DNA of 64,000 nucleotides from Octopus sinensis (taxonomy: Eukaryota): assembly GCF_006345805.1 (NCBI RefSeq), contig NC_042997.1, positions 208,816,001-208,880,000 on the forward strand. Direction: 5' to 3'. The position numbers were made by a program, and so were the translations under genes. Within the stretch, counting starts at the first letter, position 1; every line of letters starts with the position of its first letter. Below the pieces are notes generated by a model. The model saw only the letters and a program-made list of their open reading frames with translations. It was not told where the DNA came from and searched no databases. Of this stretch, positions 1 through 12,814 are shown piece after piece.

Positions 1-2266
1 GATGATGATATATATGCACACACACACAATATGTAGGTGAACTTCCATAAGTGTTTTTTCACCTATTTTCTTTTTTAATAGTTTTATTTAATTATATTTT
101 AAATTAATAAACATTACATCTTGACAAGTCGTACTTGTTTCAACATTTCGTAACAGCCCCATGAAATTTGATAAAAGTGAAATAGTATTCCTATGCACAA
201 CAGGTCGCATTTCTCATTTTTATCTTCAGGCCATCATACGCACGGTGGCAAAAGTATACCTGAACGAAGATGTTCCAGCCGGGATCATTCTGTCGTTCTA
301 TTCCATCCATCGGCCAGAATAGGACAACGGTGTAGTTATTTGTCCATTTAAAAAAAATTTTTATGTAAAAAGTCAGTACGACACGATTTACGAGTGAATT
401 GGCTGCTATTTCTAGCAGGCTAGGCTACCAAATAAGTAGCAACTTTGTTTGGTTTATTGCAGCGATAGTATATAGTGGTGGCGATGGTGAGTGGTGGCGA
501 TGGTGAGTGGTGGCGATGGTGAGTTGTGACTGAGGAGTGCTTCTAGCGCGCGCACACGCGCACACACACGTTTCTTAGCGCGCGGAACCTCGGAAGTAGT
601 AGTAATTCATACACACACACACACGTACGTACATACATGATTAAAAGTATGTAATATAATATAATATAATTCTATTCGATATCAGTCCTTGGCTGGTATT
701 TTAGTTGACTGGGAAAGCCTGAAGGGCAAAGCTGACCATGGCAGGATCCGAAAGTCCCTAATTGCCTTTTCTACTAGTCTACCTCTTGGTACATAACGTG
801 TCTGTGTTTAAAAATGTTACAGAGAGGCACAGAACACGAGTCTGCTGGGCGAAGGGCAAGCAATAAAATCTCCGTCTTTCTCTTTCTTGGTTACTGAAAA
901 CAAACAGTAAACAATTTGTTTTCTGTTGACAACACGGCTGAAAGGCAAGCAGTAAAACGTCCCGCTTTCATAGTCGACCATATTTCGTTTTGTCCCTCTG
1001 TTTTGCGCTTCCTTCTCGAAAATAATAACATACTAACAAAATAACATCACTGCTCTTACTATGATTGAGAAATAACAGTAAAAAATGTGTTTTCCTTCAA
1101 CTTTATTTCTATTGACCACTTCAGACTAAGAAATGAAGGAATGCGAAATATAAGTAAATATACAATGACTCCGGCGAAAATTACCAATAATCAATTATAA
1201 ATTACACAAAAGTTTTTCTATTGTGGAAAAACAGTAAGGCATAGAGTGAATGCGTTGCATACATAGACCCTTCGCCCCTGAAGTCTTCTATTATATAATT
1301 CCAGTCACATATTAGATATAATACAGGTTAGCAGAGAAATCGAGGCTGGAAAACGAAAGGAAAATTTGATCTCGGCGAGATTTGAACTCAAAACTTGAAA
1401 TATTGAGATCCTGCAAAATAGATCACCAATCCATAAATCATTTTCCTATTTTATATCAAAATAGGAGAGAAAAAAACCTAAATACCTATTATATACATAC
1501 ATATACACACAGAAGTGTGTATGGGGTATCTGGGTAGGGTAGAACCTTTGGCAGGGTAACACTTGGTGCGCTTCGGAGTAGTTCGTCCGCTTTGGTCCTC
1601 ACCAAACACCCATCTCTCACCCGTGGCCGCTCGAAGTTGTCTGCTTACAACAGCGGCCACAACCCGAGCAGTGGCCTTCATAGGCCGACTTACACCTTGG
1701 TGAGGGTACCCAACGGCTCTCAAATCCTCGTTGAGCTACGGTTTGTCTACACAAACATATACGACATGTATGTACGTAGGTATATGAGCGTTGCTAATGT
1801 TTGTTTTTAAGTCGTTAAAGTGAAAATAATTTAACATTAAACTGAAGCATTACTCAATACTTGTTATAGAGTACATATACATTTTTTCAAGAGCAGTGGT
1901 GATAGTAACTTCGAAGTTCCAGTCTGCTAGGCTTCGTTGGACTGTCCGAAAATTCGAAATCGCTGTCGTCTTTCTTGTAGAATTTGAACCTCGCCTAGGT
2001 CGACATGCTGAGTCAGACGACAAAAAAAGAAAATATCAAGTCGTGTTTTTAGATCGATTTTATCGAATCTCCTGGAGTCTTTGTGTCGTAGCCTGCGCAG
2101 ATATTTTTCATCTGTGTGTATGCTTATGTGTAGATAAATAGAGAGATAGTGTGCAAGACAAAGACAGGCACACAATGGGAGAGCGGAAAAGAGAGAGAAA
2201 GAATAAGAGAGAGAGTGTTCTATTGGACAAAAGTTTGATGAGGGTTGGGGAAAAAATGTCACTTAC

Positions 2267-2361
2267 CTGGGGTTATGGAGATATATATCAGCTTCGATGA
2301 GTAAAATGCCTGACAAGACCACCACCAACTGACATATAAACCCATATCGCTTCGTTTCCAT
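2267..2361 (-). CDS. DD3-3-like secreted protein, paralog A, first coding exon (gene continues left of the window)
   Basis: Minus strand from ATG at 2361 reads METKRYGFICQLVVVLSGILLIEADIYLHNP-AG|GTAAGT: a signal-peptide-like hydrophobic stretch, then DIYLHNPR, matching the DD3-3 N-terminal motif ([14 protein letters not shown]) and paralog B's DIFCQSPRG. Perfect donor at 2266-2261, phase 2. Not in the ORF track. Confidence 0.8.
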
Positions 2362-2616
2362 TTACACGAAATAAATGTCTCGTTTAAGTCCTTCTCTCTC
2401 TCTCTCCCTTTGTTTATCTATTGAAGTGTGGTCCTTCCTTCATTTTTATCTTATCTCTATTGCATTTAACTCAAATCTTTTCTTTCTTCCTCCTTTCTTT
2501 CTTTAGTTTTCCAATGACGCATTTAAAAAAGAAAAAAGACTTTTATCCACGCAATTTCCTTTTCTCTTTCATTCCACCCTCAGGAGGGTGTGTGAGATCA
2601 AACTATTCAATAGGTA

Positions 2617-2658
<42 letters not shown>

Positions 2659-2877
2659 CTTCTCTCTTTGTATATATATATAACAGGAGTGTACATAAAA
2701 GTGTATATTTGGCATAACACCACCCCACCTCCCTATCAAATTCTCGGTGGCTAAACATGTGTGTAAGCTCAAGCATGGCTGTGTGAGTAACAAGGTCACT
2801 TCGCAACTATCTTGTTTCGGGTTCAGTCCCTAACTATGCGGGATTTTGAGCAAGTGTGTTCTTCTAATAGTGAATAA

Positions 2878-4390
2878 CACTGGACAAGCATTTTTTTCTA
2901 TTTTCTGTCGCATGAGATTTTTTTACTGATTCTGTTGTGTTTTGTTTGTTTGTTATTTTTGTACTAATTTCAAATTTGTAATCGGTTTTGCTCTCTACTT
3001 TTCTTGCAATTTGAAAATACGTTTATAGTGTTTATACATTTATAGTTAAACTGGACATATTGAGATACATATACATACATCCTACTTAAAAAGAATCAAC
3101 AATTTTTTTATTCTTTGTTGTTTTTTTTCAGATCTGATCCTGCATGGCTTCTTCAAGTAGACACAGATGTATGTGTGCTGTGTGAGCAATCCTGGTGGCT
3201 TCACACTTATTCGTCAAAGACGCAATATCCCTTTGTATGTGAGACGAGCTTGGGAATTCCCAAGACAAAAAATAGGCCCCTCATGTTGTGTCATAACTGT
3301 GAGGAAATGCTTCGTGACTGGACGAAAGGAAAACGAAAGGGCTTTCCGTTTGGAGTCCCTATGGTTTGACAGGAGCCCAAGGGCACACAAGTAACTGTTT
3401 TTCTTATACAGTCAACGCAAAAACATCAGCCAGAAAGACAGGTGAAAAATATATTATTCTAATATTCCTTCTTCAGCAATTTGACCTATTATACACTGTG
3501 AGACACACCCGATTCCAATTTTCCTTGGGTTTACCTCTTCCGAAGACGAAGCTAGCAAACGAGAGTACGAGAATGATAACGAAGATCAAGAAATTACATG
3601 AAAATTCCAAGACCCTTCTTCTGGTACCGAAAAATCAATTCTTCAACAGTTTAGCTAAATAATTCAATGCGTGATTTTGAACTCTCCAACTCTCCAACTC
3701 TGCAGCCGAGATTCTAGCGTCCTGACTGCAAGAAAAACATCTACTTGACCAAACTGCAAAAGTTTCTTATTTTCGAAGCCGGGACCATATTTTTGTGTGA
3801 TTTATTTATTTATTTATTTTCAGAAGAGAAACGCCTTGTTTACTTCCACAACGTTTCTGGTCTTCTCCGGCAATTAGGAATCTCTTCGCACACTTCAACT
3901 GATTGGCGACTATTTTTAAATAGTTCTAGGTGCATATTAAAGTAAGTTCTACACAATGGTAATGTTTATGAAGCTGTTCCAGTTGGACACAAGAAGAATA
4001 CAGTGACTTAAGAATGGTTATTGACCAACTAAAATATGATTTGTGTAGATTTGAAAATGGTCGATTTCCTCCTCAGCCAACAGAATGGTTTTACGAAGTG
4101 CCCTTGCTATCTCTGCATGTGGGACAGCCGAGCTCAAGAGAAACACTGGACTCAGAAGAAATGGTCCATTCGTGAGACTCTGGTAGCGAGTATACCAAAT
4201 ATTGTGAATGATCCAACTGTCAGTCGAGAAACAATTATTTTCCCCCACCATTCCATATAAAGCTAGGCTTCATGAAGCAAGTCACTAAAGCATTTAATAC
4301 TAATAGCGAACGTTTTCAACATATAGTCACTGCATTTCCTGATTTGTCATTCGAGAATATCAAAGCAGATCTCAGATTTGTGCCCTTGTA
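2878..4390 (+). mobile_element. Decayed Chapaev(3)-like CMC DNA transposon fragment
   Basis: Broken frames encode LCHNC...FGVPMV*(REP), ICVDLKMVDFLLSQQNGFTKCPCYLCMWDSRA and (P)PFHIKLGFMKQ; CACTGGACAA 5' terminus at 2878. Confidence 0.65.
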
Positions 4391-4958
4391 TATGAGAAGG
4401 GGTTTGGGCTCAGTGGTTAGGGCAGTGGACTCGCGGTTTCGATTCCCAGACCGGGCGTTGTGAGTGTTTATTGAGCGAAAACACCTAAAGCCCCACAAGG
4501 CTCCGGCAGGAGGTGGTGGCGATCCTTGCCACAACTTTCTCTCACTCTTTCTTCTGTTAGCTCAGTGGCTGACAGTAGTCGCAGTTCAATTCAGGAATTG
4601 TTTATGGAATTTGCGTAGGCGTTATACTGAAAGACATTAGTGACAAAGTTAAGGGGTGGAAGGTGGAGAAGTAGAAGAAGAAGATGACGATGTTGATGAT
4701 GATGATGATGAAGAAGAAGAAGAAGAAGAAGGAGAAGGAGAAGATGGTGGTGATGATGGTGGTGATGATGATGACGACGATGATGATGATAATGATGATG
4801 ATGAAGAAGAAGAGGAAGAAGAAGAAGAAGAAAAAAACAGAGAAGGGAGAATATGAATGGGTGTAAGTATAGCTTTGATGGGGCTGATTAGTAATGGATT
4901 CTATGGAGTGTAATATTTGTGTGTGTATATATTTCTTTTATTCTAAAGTTGAGGTATA

Positions 4959-5954
4959 TTAATTGTTTGTCGTAGACCCGTTAAGAAGTGGCTTGTATTT
5001 TGTAATAAAGAGATTTTCTTTACTTATTCGTTGTCTCGAGGTTGTATCGTCCCTAAATTGGTAGAGGGGGAAAATTCTGAAGTTTGGTGTTTTTTTGTTG
5101 GCGCAAGTATCTACGTGTTGGCTAAAAGCTATTTTTCTGTTTTGGGGAATTTTTATCTGGGATCTATGCAGGGCCATTCGTTTACGCAAACCATTTTTTG
5201 TTTGGCCTATGTACTGCTCTTGACACCCGGAGCAGGTTAGTGAGTATATTAGGTTCTCCGAAGCACATATGAAGTTGCTTTTCACTGTAAACCGTTGTCC
5301 CTGTTTGAAGGAGAACTCTGATCCCTCAATTAGATAGTCGCATATCCCGCAATTGGGTCTTCCACATTTTTTTACTGTCGGCTTCTGTGTTGAAGAGTGA
5401 ATTCGGGCTTGTGTAAGGAGACTTTTCATGGATCTAGGCTGTCTTTTGCTTTTTATGATCGTGTGTGTTTGGAGGATTGTGTTCATTCTGTGGTCTTTTT
5501 TTAGGAGGGGTATGTTGTGGAGGATGGTGTCGAAGGCTTCGTTATTGAGAGGGTTGTGTGTGGAGATGTATGGTAAGGCTTTTGGTTGTAAGTTTTTCTT
5601 TGATTTGGGATGTCTCAGTTCCTTGATGTTAAGTTGAAGGGCACGTTGAATGCACTTGTCAATAAGTGAAGGTGGATAGTTCCTGGTGATAAGGGTATCT
5701 TTTAGTTCTTGTAGTCGTGTGTCTCTGGTGTTTGCGTTAGAGACTATAGTGCATATCCTTTTTGCTAGATTGAAGGGGATATTCATCCTGGTGTGTCTGG
5801 GGTGGCATGAATTGAATGGAAGATATTGCTTAGAGTCTGTAGGCTTATAGTATATGTCTGTTTCTATTATATTATTAGCTTTCTTAATGAGGATATCGAG
5901 GAAAGGGAGTTGTTGTTGGCTATATTCCATCGTGAATTGGATGTTTACGTCCAA
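4959..5954 (-). pseudogene. Penelope RT thumb + GIY-YIG endonuclease ORF fragment (331 aa, uninterrupted)
   Basis: Motifs as above; N-terminal RT core is missing (5' truncation). Confidence 0.88.
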
Positions 5955-6602
5955 TTAATATACCTCAACAATTAATATACCTCAACTTTAGAATAAAAGA
6001 AATATATACACACACAAATATTACACTCCATAGAATCCATTACTAATCAGCCCCATCAAAGCTATACTTACACCATTCATATTCTCCCTTCTCTGTTTTT
6101 TTCTTCTTCTTCTTCTTCCTCTTCTTCTTCATCATCATCATTATCATCATCATCGTCGTCATCATCATCACCACCATCATCACCACCATCTTCTCCTTCG
6201 CCTTCTTCTTCTTCTTCATCATCATCATCATCAACATCGTCATCTTCTTCTTCTTCTACTTCTCCACCTTCCACCCCTTAACCTTGTCACTAATGTCTTT
6301 CAGTATAACGCCTACGCAAATTCCATAAACAATTCCTGAATTGAACTGCGACTACTGTCAGCCACTGTCAGCCACTGACCATTCAAAATACGACCATTAA
6401 GGCATTCCCAGATTTCCCCACCCCTCTCCACATCAGCCTCATTATTCTTCACCTATCCTACCAAGAACTCAAAACGACCTCGAACACACAAGTGCAAACA
6501 AGGGAGTCAGAGAAAGGCAGAATGCTACTTATATCTGAACACTACTACAGAAATATTCTTTTAAAAAAACTTTTCTTCTAATTTTTCTAAATTTAATTAT
6601 TT

Positions 6603-6655
6603 AATCGTTACAGTTGAAAAGGTCTCAAAATGACCGAAACCGGTACTGAAAGATT
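6603..6655 (+). ncRNA. Minimal type-I hammerhead ribozyme (U3-A8 core variant) in the Penelope pLTR
   Basis: aatcgttaCAG-TTGAAAA-GGTC(tcaaaat)GACC-GAAA-CCGG-TA-CTGaaagatt: stem I, core, stem II, palindromic stem III (ACCGGT), GUA cleavage site. Confidence 0.7.
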
Positions 6656-6697
6656 CACTATAAAATCATCTTAGCATTTTCTATTTTTGACTTGTTT

Positions 6698-6758
<61 letters not shown>

Positions 6759-6813
6759 GTGTGTGTGTGTGTGTGTGTGTGTACGTATGTATGTATGTAT
6801 GTATACAATATAT

Positions 6814-7739
6814 TGTTACGAAGATAAAATTAACGGGAAAACGCTACGCCCTAGTTCCGTTGGTTGGAGTTGAACCGGCGGGAAGAAAAAGAAATGTGTT
6901 CTTTGTCTTGTCAACGGCAACGGTTAAAATTAATGAGTTTTAGGGACTGATCTTTGATCTCCGCGGTCAGGAAAAGGTTATAAAAATATAAAAATGCCAC
7001 CCTTTAAAACGCGACGACCTGGTGTTATAGTGTCAAACAGCGAAGGGCCGGAAAAGGGTTCAGTTGGGAGAGGCGGCGAGTCGATGCGGATAGCCAGCCA
7101 AGAGATGATGACGGCGAGAGACAGACAGACAGGCACGAGAGACGGTCAGTTAGCGAAATGAATATTTGTAGTAGGAGCTGAAATTGTTGCAGACTCGGAA
7201 CGTGCCGGAAATGTTTTTGATGGATTTGTGTTTTTATTTGTGATTTGAATTATGATGTTTGAAAAAGAGATTCTGTGACATAAACTGTAATCTGTTGAAA
7301 AGAAAACGGGAAAAAAAGAACTTGTAAATGTTTTTAAAAAATCCAGAAAGACTGATGAAAAGGAAAGAAAGAGGAATCTTTGAGAACGAACTCTCTGTGT
7401 AAGAAAAGAAAGAAGAGAAAAGAAAGAAGAGAAAAGAAAGGAGAAAGACTATTTGTTGTGATTCTGTATTGTGTAGCATGTCAACCAATTGATTTGGTTA
7501 ATCGAACAGTTGTGTTACGTTTAAATGTATTTGAAATGTTTTAATTGATTTGGTTAATTATATAAACTGTTAAATGTAAGCAACTGCCTCCGCAGTCTCT
7601 CTCCTTTGTTATCGTTGTGTCGGTTACTGGTTTGCGTTCGCTTCCTATATCCGCTTTCTGTGGTGGATTTCCGTTTGACTGAGCGTAGTCGTCGTCGCCG
7701 ACTTAGGGTCCTGAGTTGAGTTGAGCGACGGTCCTAACA
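6814..7739. mobile_element. Solo LTR (926 bp)
   Basis: TGTTA...TAACA inverted termini, ATATAT on both flanks (inside a TA tract), internal TATA-like box near 6978. Confidence 0.6.
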
Positions 7740-7766
7740 ATATATATATGATTGTATTTATGTATG

Positions 7767-7807
<41 letters not shown>

Positions 7808-9234
7808 TATAATATATATATATATATTATATATATATTATATATATATATGTATTATATATACGGGATATAATCCAAGCTGTGCCCTCTTGAAGCACAA
7901 CTGCACACTTTCTTATTCCAGTACTCTAAAATTGTATGTAGGTGTTATATTTGCGTGACGCATGCATAAGAGCTGAAAACATACTGGAAATCAGTTTTTG
8001 CCGAGTAATAGTATCAAAACAGGAAATTGGAAAAAAAGCTTTGATATTATTTATTCATCACTACACGTGTTTCATTTCCCAGTAGGAATTACAAAGGTAT
8101 GTTACGTATAATGGTAAATAAATGCACCAAAACACTTTTCCAACCTTTTGTTTATTAATCATTCCCTGCAGTAGGGGAATATATTTTTATCATTCACCCA
8201 CGACAGTGGACACATGTACTCTTGCGTTCAACTTCTAGTAACTGGCGAGTGTTTCAAGGTGTCATCACTAATTCAGTTCTCAGCCAAATTGAATGCGGTT
8301 CTTTTTAGCCATGGTGGTCCAGTTTTCAACTACATTTTGAAATCAAATAACTGAAATGTCGTACATTCACGGAAAAGTTGGGTCAAAATTTATGAGGTCA
8401 AAATGGGAGAGTAAGGCGAAAAATTGAGTTTGAATCAAAATATCTGTTATTTTAAAAGAAAAGTAAAAATTAATTTGGTTTCAAAAAGTGTGCTCATTGA
8501 CAAGAATCTTTTAGTGAAAAACCTCATTAAAAAATATTATCTAGGAAAAACGTTGTGATGTAAAAATGGTAAGTAGCCCCAAAGAGTGGCTTTGAATGGA
8601 AATATCTGAGCTATTGTTAAAGAAAACTTGTGTTCAAATGGGAGAGTTCTATAAGGTGTATCTTATGGTGAAAGCCTCGTCAAAAAGAAGTGCTGTGGCT
8701 CTAAGTGACGAAAGAAAAGATGATCATTTTAAAAAATCAATATATTTTTGTCGTTTTAAGATATGTAGCGTTATGAAAGATAGCGTCAGCTTAACTTAAT
8801 GGTACAGAGAGCTTAAATAGAGTTTGAGAAGTTCGAAGTTTGGTACGCTGTAGCAACTTGCTAGGCCATTTTTTCCCCTTTCTAAAGGTATTTAACCAGT
8901 TTTCACAGATATTCTGCGTCTGAAATTTACTTGGGATGAAAAGAATTCTGTAAGAAAAGTCTTATGAGAAAAACCTTATAGAAAAATCGAAGTTGTTGTT
9001 TCAGCGACGGGAAAAGGAGTGAAAAGTTGAACTAATCAAAATACTTCTTTGTCTTTTTAAGTGAAAAATAATATTACTTGAACCCAAATGAAAGGGTTAA
9101 ACGAGACGAATATTTTGGAGAAGACCCTGTCTGAAAATATTAATGTCATTTACTGTTTGTTCTGTACATTTCCTAGTTCAATACTTAAGCATATTCTAGG
9201 ATTTTCATTCTGGTATATATATATAATATATATA

Positions 9235-9269
<35 letters not shown>

Positions 9270-9580
9270 ATCAGAAAAAGAGGTTGTCTTAGGAAAAGCA
9301 AAGGTTATGTTATAAACATCATTAGCTTACAGATGTTTCTGCTACCAGGTGTAGTGGACTCTCAGTTAAGCGCCTGGATAACCCCCTATAGCTTGATCAG
9401 AACCTCGGATAAGAAGTGCAAGTGATTTTGGGGAAAAAAAAAGAATGAATGACATTTTTGGAATATACAGGGAAAGTCATTGTTGATGTATCTGGAGAAG
9501 TGTGTCTGAAAGTCAGTTCGATTTGCTAGTAGAAAAAGTAGGGAAAAGAAACAGAAAAAATATATGTGTGTGTGTGTATA

Positions 9581-10534
9581 CAGGGTTTGGACAAAATAAT
9601 GGAAACACCTAGCATTATAACATCATAATTTTGAAATATCTATAAAACCATCAAAAGCTTGTTTATTTTTGTTTTGTTTTTTTTATTTATTATTAGCATT
9701 GCTTAATATGTTTTGCTAAAATTACTGTTTCTTTTCAGATATCATCACAAAAAGGTAATTAAAATTCATTAAAATGACAGATCAATCAGACTTTCAAAGA
9801 GGTAAAAATTGTTGGTACTCGTATGGCAGGCGTTAGCGTAACGGAAACAGCCGAAATGTTTGGTGTATCAAGAAGTATTGTCTTGAAAGTAATGACCAGA
9901 AAACCACTACTTTCAAAAACAAACGTTACAAAGCGTTTAGAGTGGAGTAAAAATCTACAGAATTGGTCCCTGGAGCAGTGGAAGAATGTTATTTTCTTGG
10001 ACGGTCATCCTTTACCTTATTTCCGACCACTGGCCGATTATACTTGTGGAAACAACCAAAAAGAGTATTTGAGCGAGACTGTCTTTTTCCAACTGTTAAA
10101 CATGGAGGAGGATCTGTGATGATCTGGGGGACTATATCTTGGAAATCTGCAGGCCCAATGGTTTTCCTTCATAGCAGAATTAATAGTCAAGACTATTTAA
10201 GCATTTTATCTGATCAAATTCATCCTATGGCTGCAGAACTGTTTCCGGAGGGAAACGCAATCTTCAGGATGATCATGCACCAATTCACACAGCTAAAGTC
10301 GTTGCTGAATGGCACGAGAAACATTCTAGTGAAGTTGAACATCTTATCTGGCCACCACAGTCCCCACATCTCAATATTATTGAACATTTATGGTGCATTT
10401 CAGAAAAACGAGTAAAGAGTCAATATCCTCCACCATCATTACTACAAGAACTGGAGACTGTTTTAACTGAAGAATGGACAAAAATTCCTTTGGAAACAAT
10501 TCAAACTTTGTACAAGTCCATACCTTGTAGAATT
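9581..10534 (+). mobile_element. Tc1-like DNA transposon, internally deleted and frameshifted, right TIR missing
   Basis: TA|CAGGGTTTGGACAAAATAATGGAAAC TIR; encodes [20 protein letters not shown], (FQ)DD(N)[19 protein letters not shown] across frames. Confidence 0.88.
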
Positions 10535-11992
10535 AGTATTTCTGACTTGTGGGTTTATGTCGAACACCTGCTGTCGCGTGTAGGACGGATCTGGCTATCA
10601 GCTGAGCACATTTTGAAGATAGTTTTGCCGCTTTCTTTTGGCCGGGAAGGGCAGTCTGTTTTCTTTGCCTGGTAGCCTTAGCGAAGGAGGTTGTGTGATG
10701 GATCAGGCTGAAAGGGCTGAAGATACATACTTTCCTCTTTGGCCAAGCTCTCATTAACTTTTTCAAATTTCACCTGAGAAGAAAAGTGAGGGTGGAGAAA
10801 GAGGTTCCGTCCCCACCCCCAGCAATTTTGTTAAAAGGTGAGTGAATGTTGCAAGAATGGCCCAGGCAAGTGGGCCTACTCTAAGTATGCGCCTGTAGAC
10901 AAAGAGGAGAGGGTGCTTCCCCTGGTGGTCAGGACTGCCGTGGGTTTATGAGCTTTCCACGAGCAGCCCCATGAAGTCTCCCTCTTTTGGGGAATTTTGT
11001 TACTATAATCATTTGTTATTGCCTTGTTTATACATTTTTTATGCAGCCCCAAATTGTATCTGTCCTGTGTTGTCCATAATGCTTTTTTTTATGTAAACCC
11101 GTTGTGGTTAGTAAAGAAAGCAATCACCAAGGTCGACTTTGCCTTTCATCCTTTCGAGGTCGATAAATTAAGAACCAGTAAAACACTGGGGTCGATATAG
11201 TCACCTACTCCCCTCCCCAGATTTCAGGCTTTGTGTCTATAGTAGAAAGTATTATTATTATTATTATTATTATTCGAGAACAGTGCATGTAATCAAAGAG
11301 AAATTATACGAAGCCCACCATGACTCCCCGTCTGATAAAGGTACACCAGGCACATGCACCATAGCCATACGTGCGTGACATAGTGATCTTATATCAAGAT
11401 AAACTTCCCCCTGCCGCTCTCCCCCGCTCTCTCTCTCTCTCTCACTCTCTCTCTGCGTGTAATTACGCACGCATATATACACAGCCAGGTAGTTAAACAG
11501 GTAGACTGACACATACGTTGATAGATAAACAAATAGATAGATAGATAGACAGACAGACAGAAGACCGCCAGGACCTAACAGTATGACATTATGAATAAAC
11601 CACAGTATTATTATTTTGCACGAATTCAGAATTTATCCTTAAAAACCGTGACTGAAAGTTGTTAACTACGACAATGATAAACAATAACAACAATCTACTA
11701 CGTGGTGGTCACTATTCAGATTGCTTAAAATCTACACACGAAGTGTTTAACTTTTGTAAACATCTGTCGCAAAACATCCTGTCGAGTACACCCTCCGCTA
11801 ATATTATTTATTAGTTTTCTTTCTCGCTGATAAACTCGTAAAATATCCGAGAAAATATTAACAGGAAATTATTGAAGAGAAAAAGCAAAATATGTCAAGT
11901 ATTTCGCGATTAAAATGTTTTATACATCTCTTAATGTGGGGAAACTAATTGAACAATAATGGGATTGTCTGCCATCCGCAATGACCACCGCC

Positions 11993-12073
11993 TATATATA
12001 AATGAAGTTCATTTACTCTCATACAGCAGTTGAGAGAGAATTTTGAAACCAATTGGTCGCTAACAAGGTGAGT
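11993..12073 (+). promoter_or_regulatory. Candidate TATA/Inr core promoter and 40-nt non-coding first exon, probably of DD3-3-like B
   Basis: TATATATAAA at 11993-12002, Inr-like GCAGTT with its A at 12028 (31 nt after TATAAA), no ATG, then strong donor AAG|GTGAGT at 12067/12068, in non-repetitive sequence. Coding exon 1 of B begins with an acceptor, so an upstream exon is required. Confidence 0.5.
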
Positions 12074-12493
12074 AGACCTTGACAACATTGTTTCACAACA
12101 CTTAACAACGATCTTCTTAATTAATTAACTGATTGATTCACTAATTAACTTCCCAATTACTTCAACACACTAACATGTATTACTTTTAACTCCTTTCTTC
12201 GTAAACAAGTCGTCAGAAACACCTTTACATTTTCTAACAGAGTTGTTGCTTTTATTTAAACTGTTTATATCCGATCTAATTTGTATTTAAACTGTTTGTA
12301 TCGATTTGTTTTAATGAGACACTCAATCTGCATTGAATATTTTGGATCGAAAGAGGAAGGTATAAACGAACTCTTTTAAAACGTGACATCAGCTTAGTAT
12401 GTAATGAAACATACATATACTTATATGAATATAGAGTAGCATACAAAAATATACATATGAACACATACACAGGAAAAATCCAAACTGTGTGAC

Positions 12494-12569
<76 letters not shown>

Positions 12570-12814
12570 TGTGTGTTGACAGATAAACAAACTAACACAG
12601 CCATGCGTGCCGGATCAGCTGGCACAGTTGCGGTTTGAAGAGGCTTGTCACAGCCGGAATTCCGTTCGGTTGGCAAAACTTTCCTGTTTGATACTGAAAT
12701 GTCGCCGAGTTCTTGACATAATGAGTGCGACGTCCCAACATCTAAGCGACGCGCCTCCACGGAGATGTGACGTATCTATATCATAATATTATTCTCAAAC
12801 CACGTGGTGGTGTG

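Larger units (their letters stand above)
4563..6690 (-). mobile_element. 5'-truncated Penelope-like retroelement with inverted pLTR/3' UTR copy
   Basis: ORF 4959-5954 encodes the RT C-terminus (LPFLD, DIYYKPTD, SCHP) plus GIY-YIG endonuclease (LIYSLTCSGCQEQYIGQT..R...H, E...I, LN). 4563-4963 is an inverted repeat of about 5969-6367. A hammerhead motif lies in the plus-strand copy. Confidence 0.9.

Noticed and set aside
241-350. Possible exon 2 of paralog A (minus strand, ends CAG|GTATAC)
   Set aside because: No frame gives the expected GSNNRL continuation and there is no clear acceptor
4656-4866. Acidic D/E ORF (also 6043-6274)
   Set aside because: Simple-repeat part of the Penelope 3' UTR inverted arms
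9325-9405. Hammerhead on the minus strand (CTGATCA...GAAAC)
   Set aside because: Core G8 is mutated and stems I/III pair poorly; at most a decayed relic
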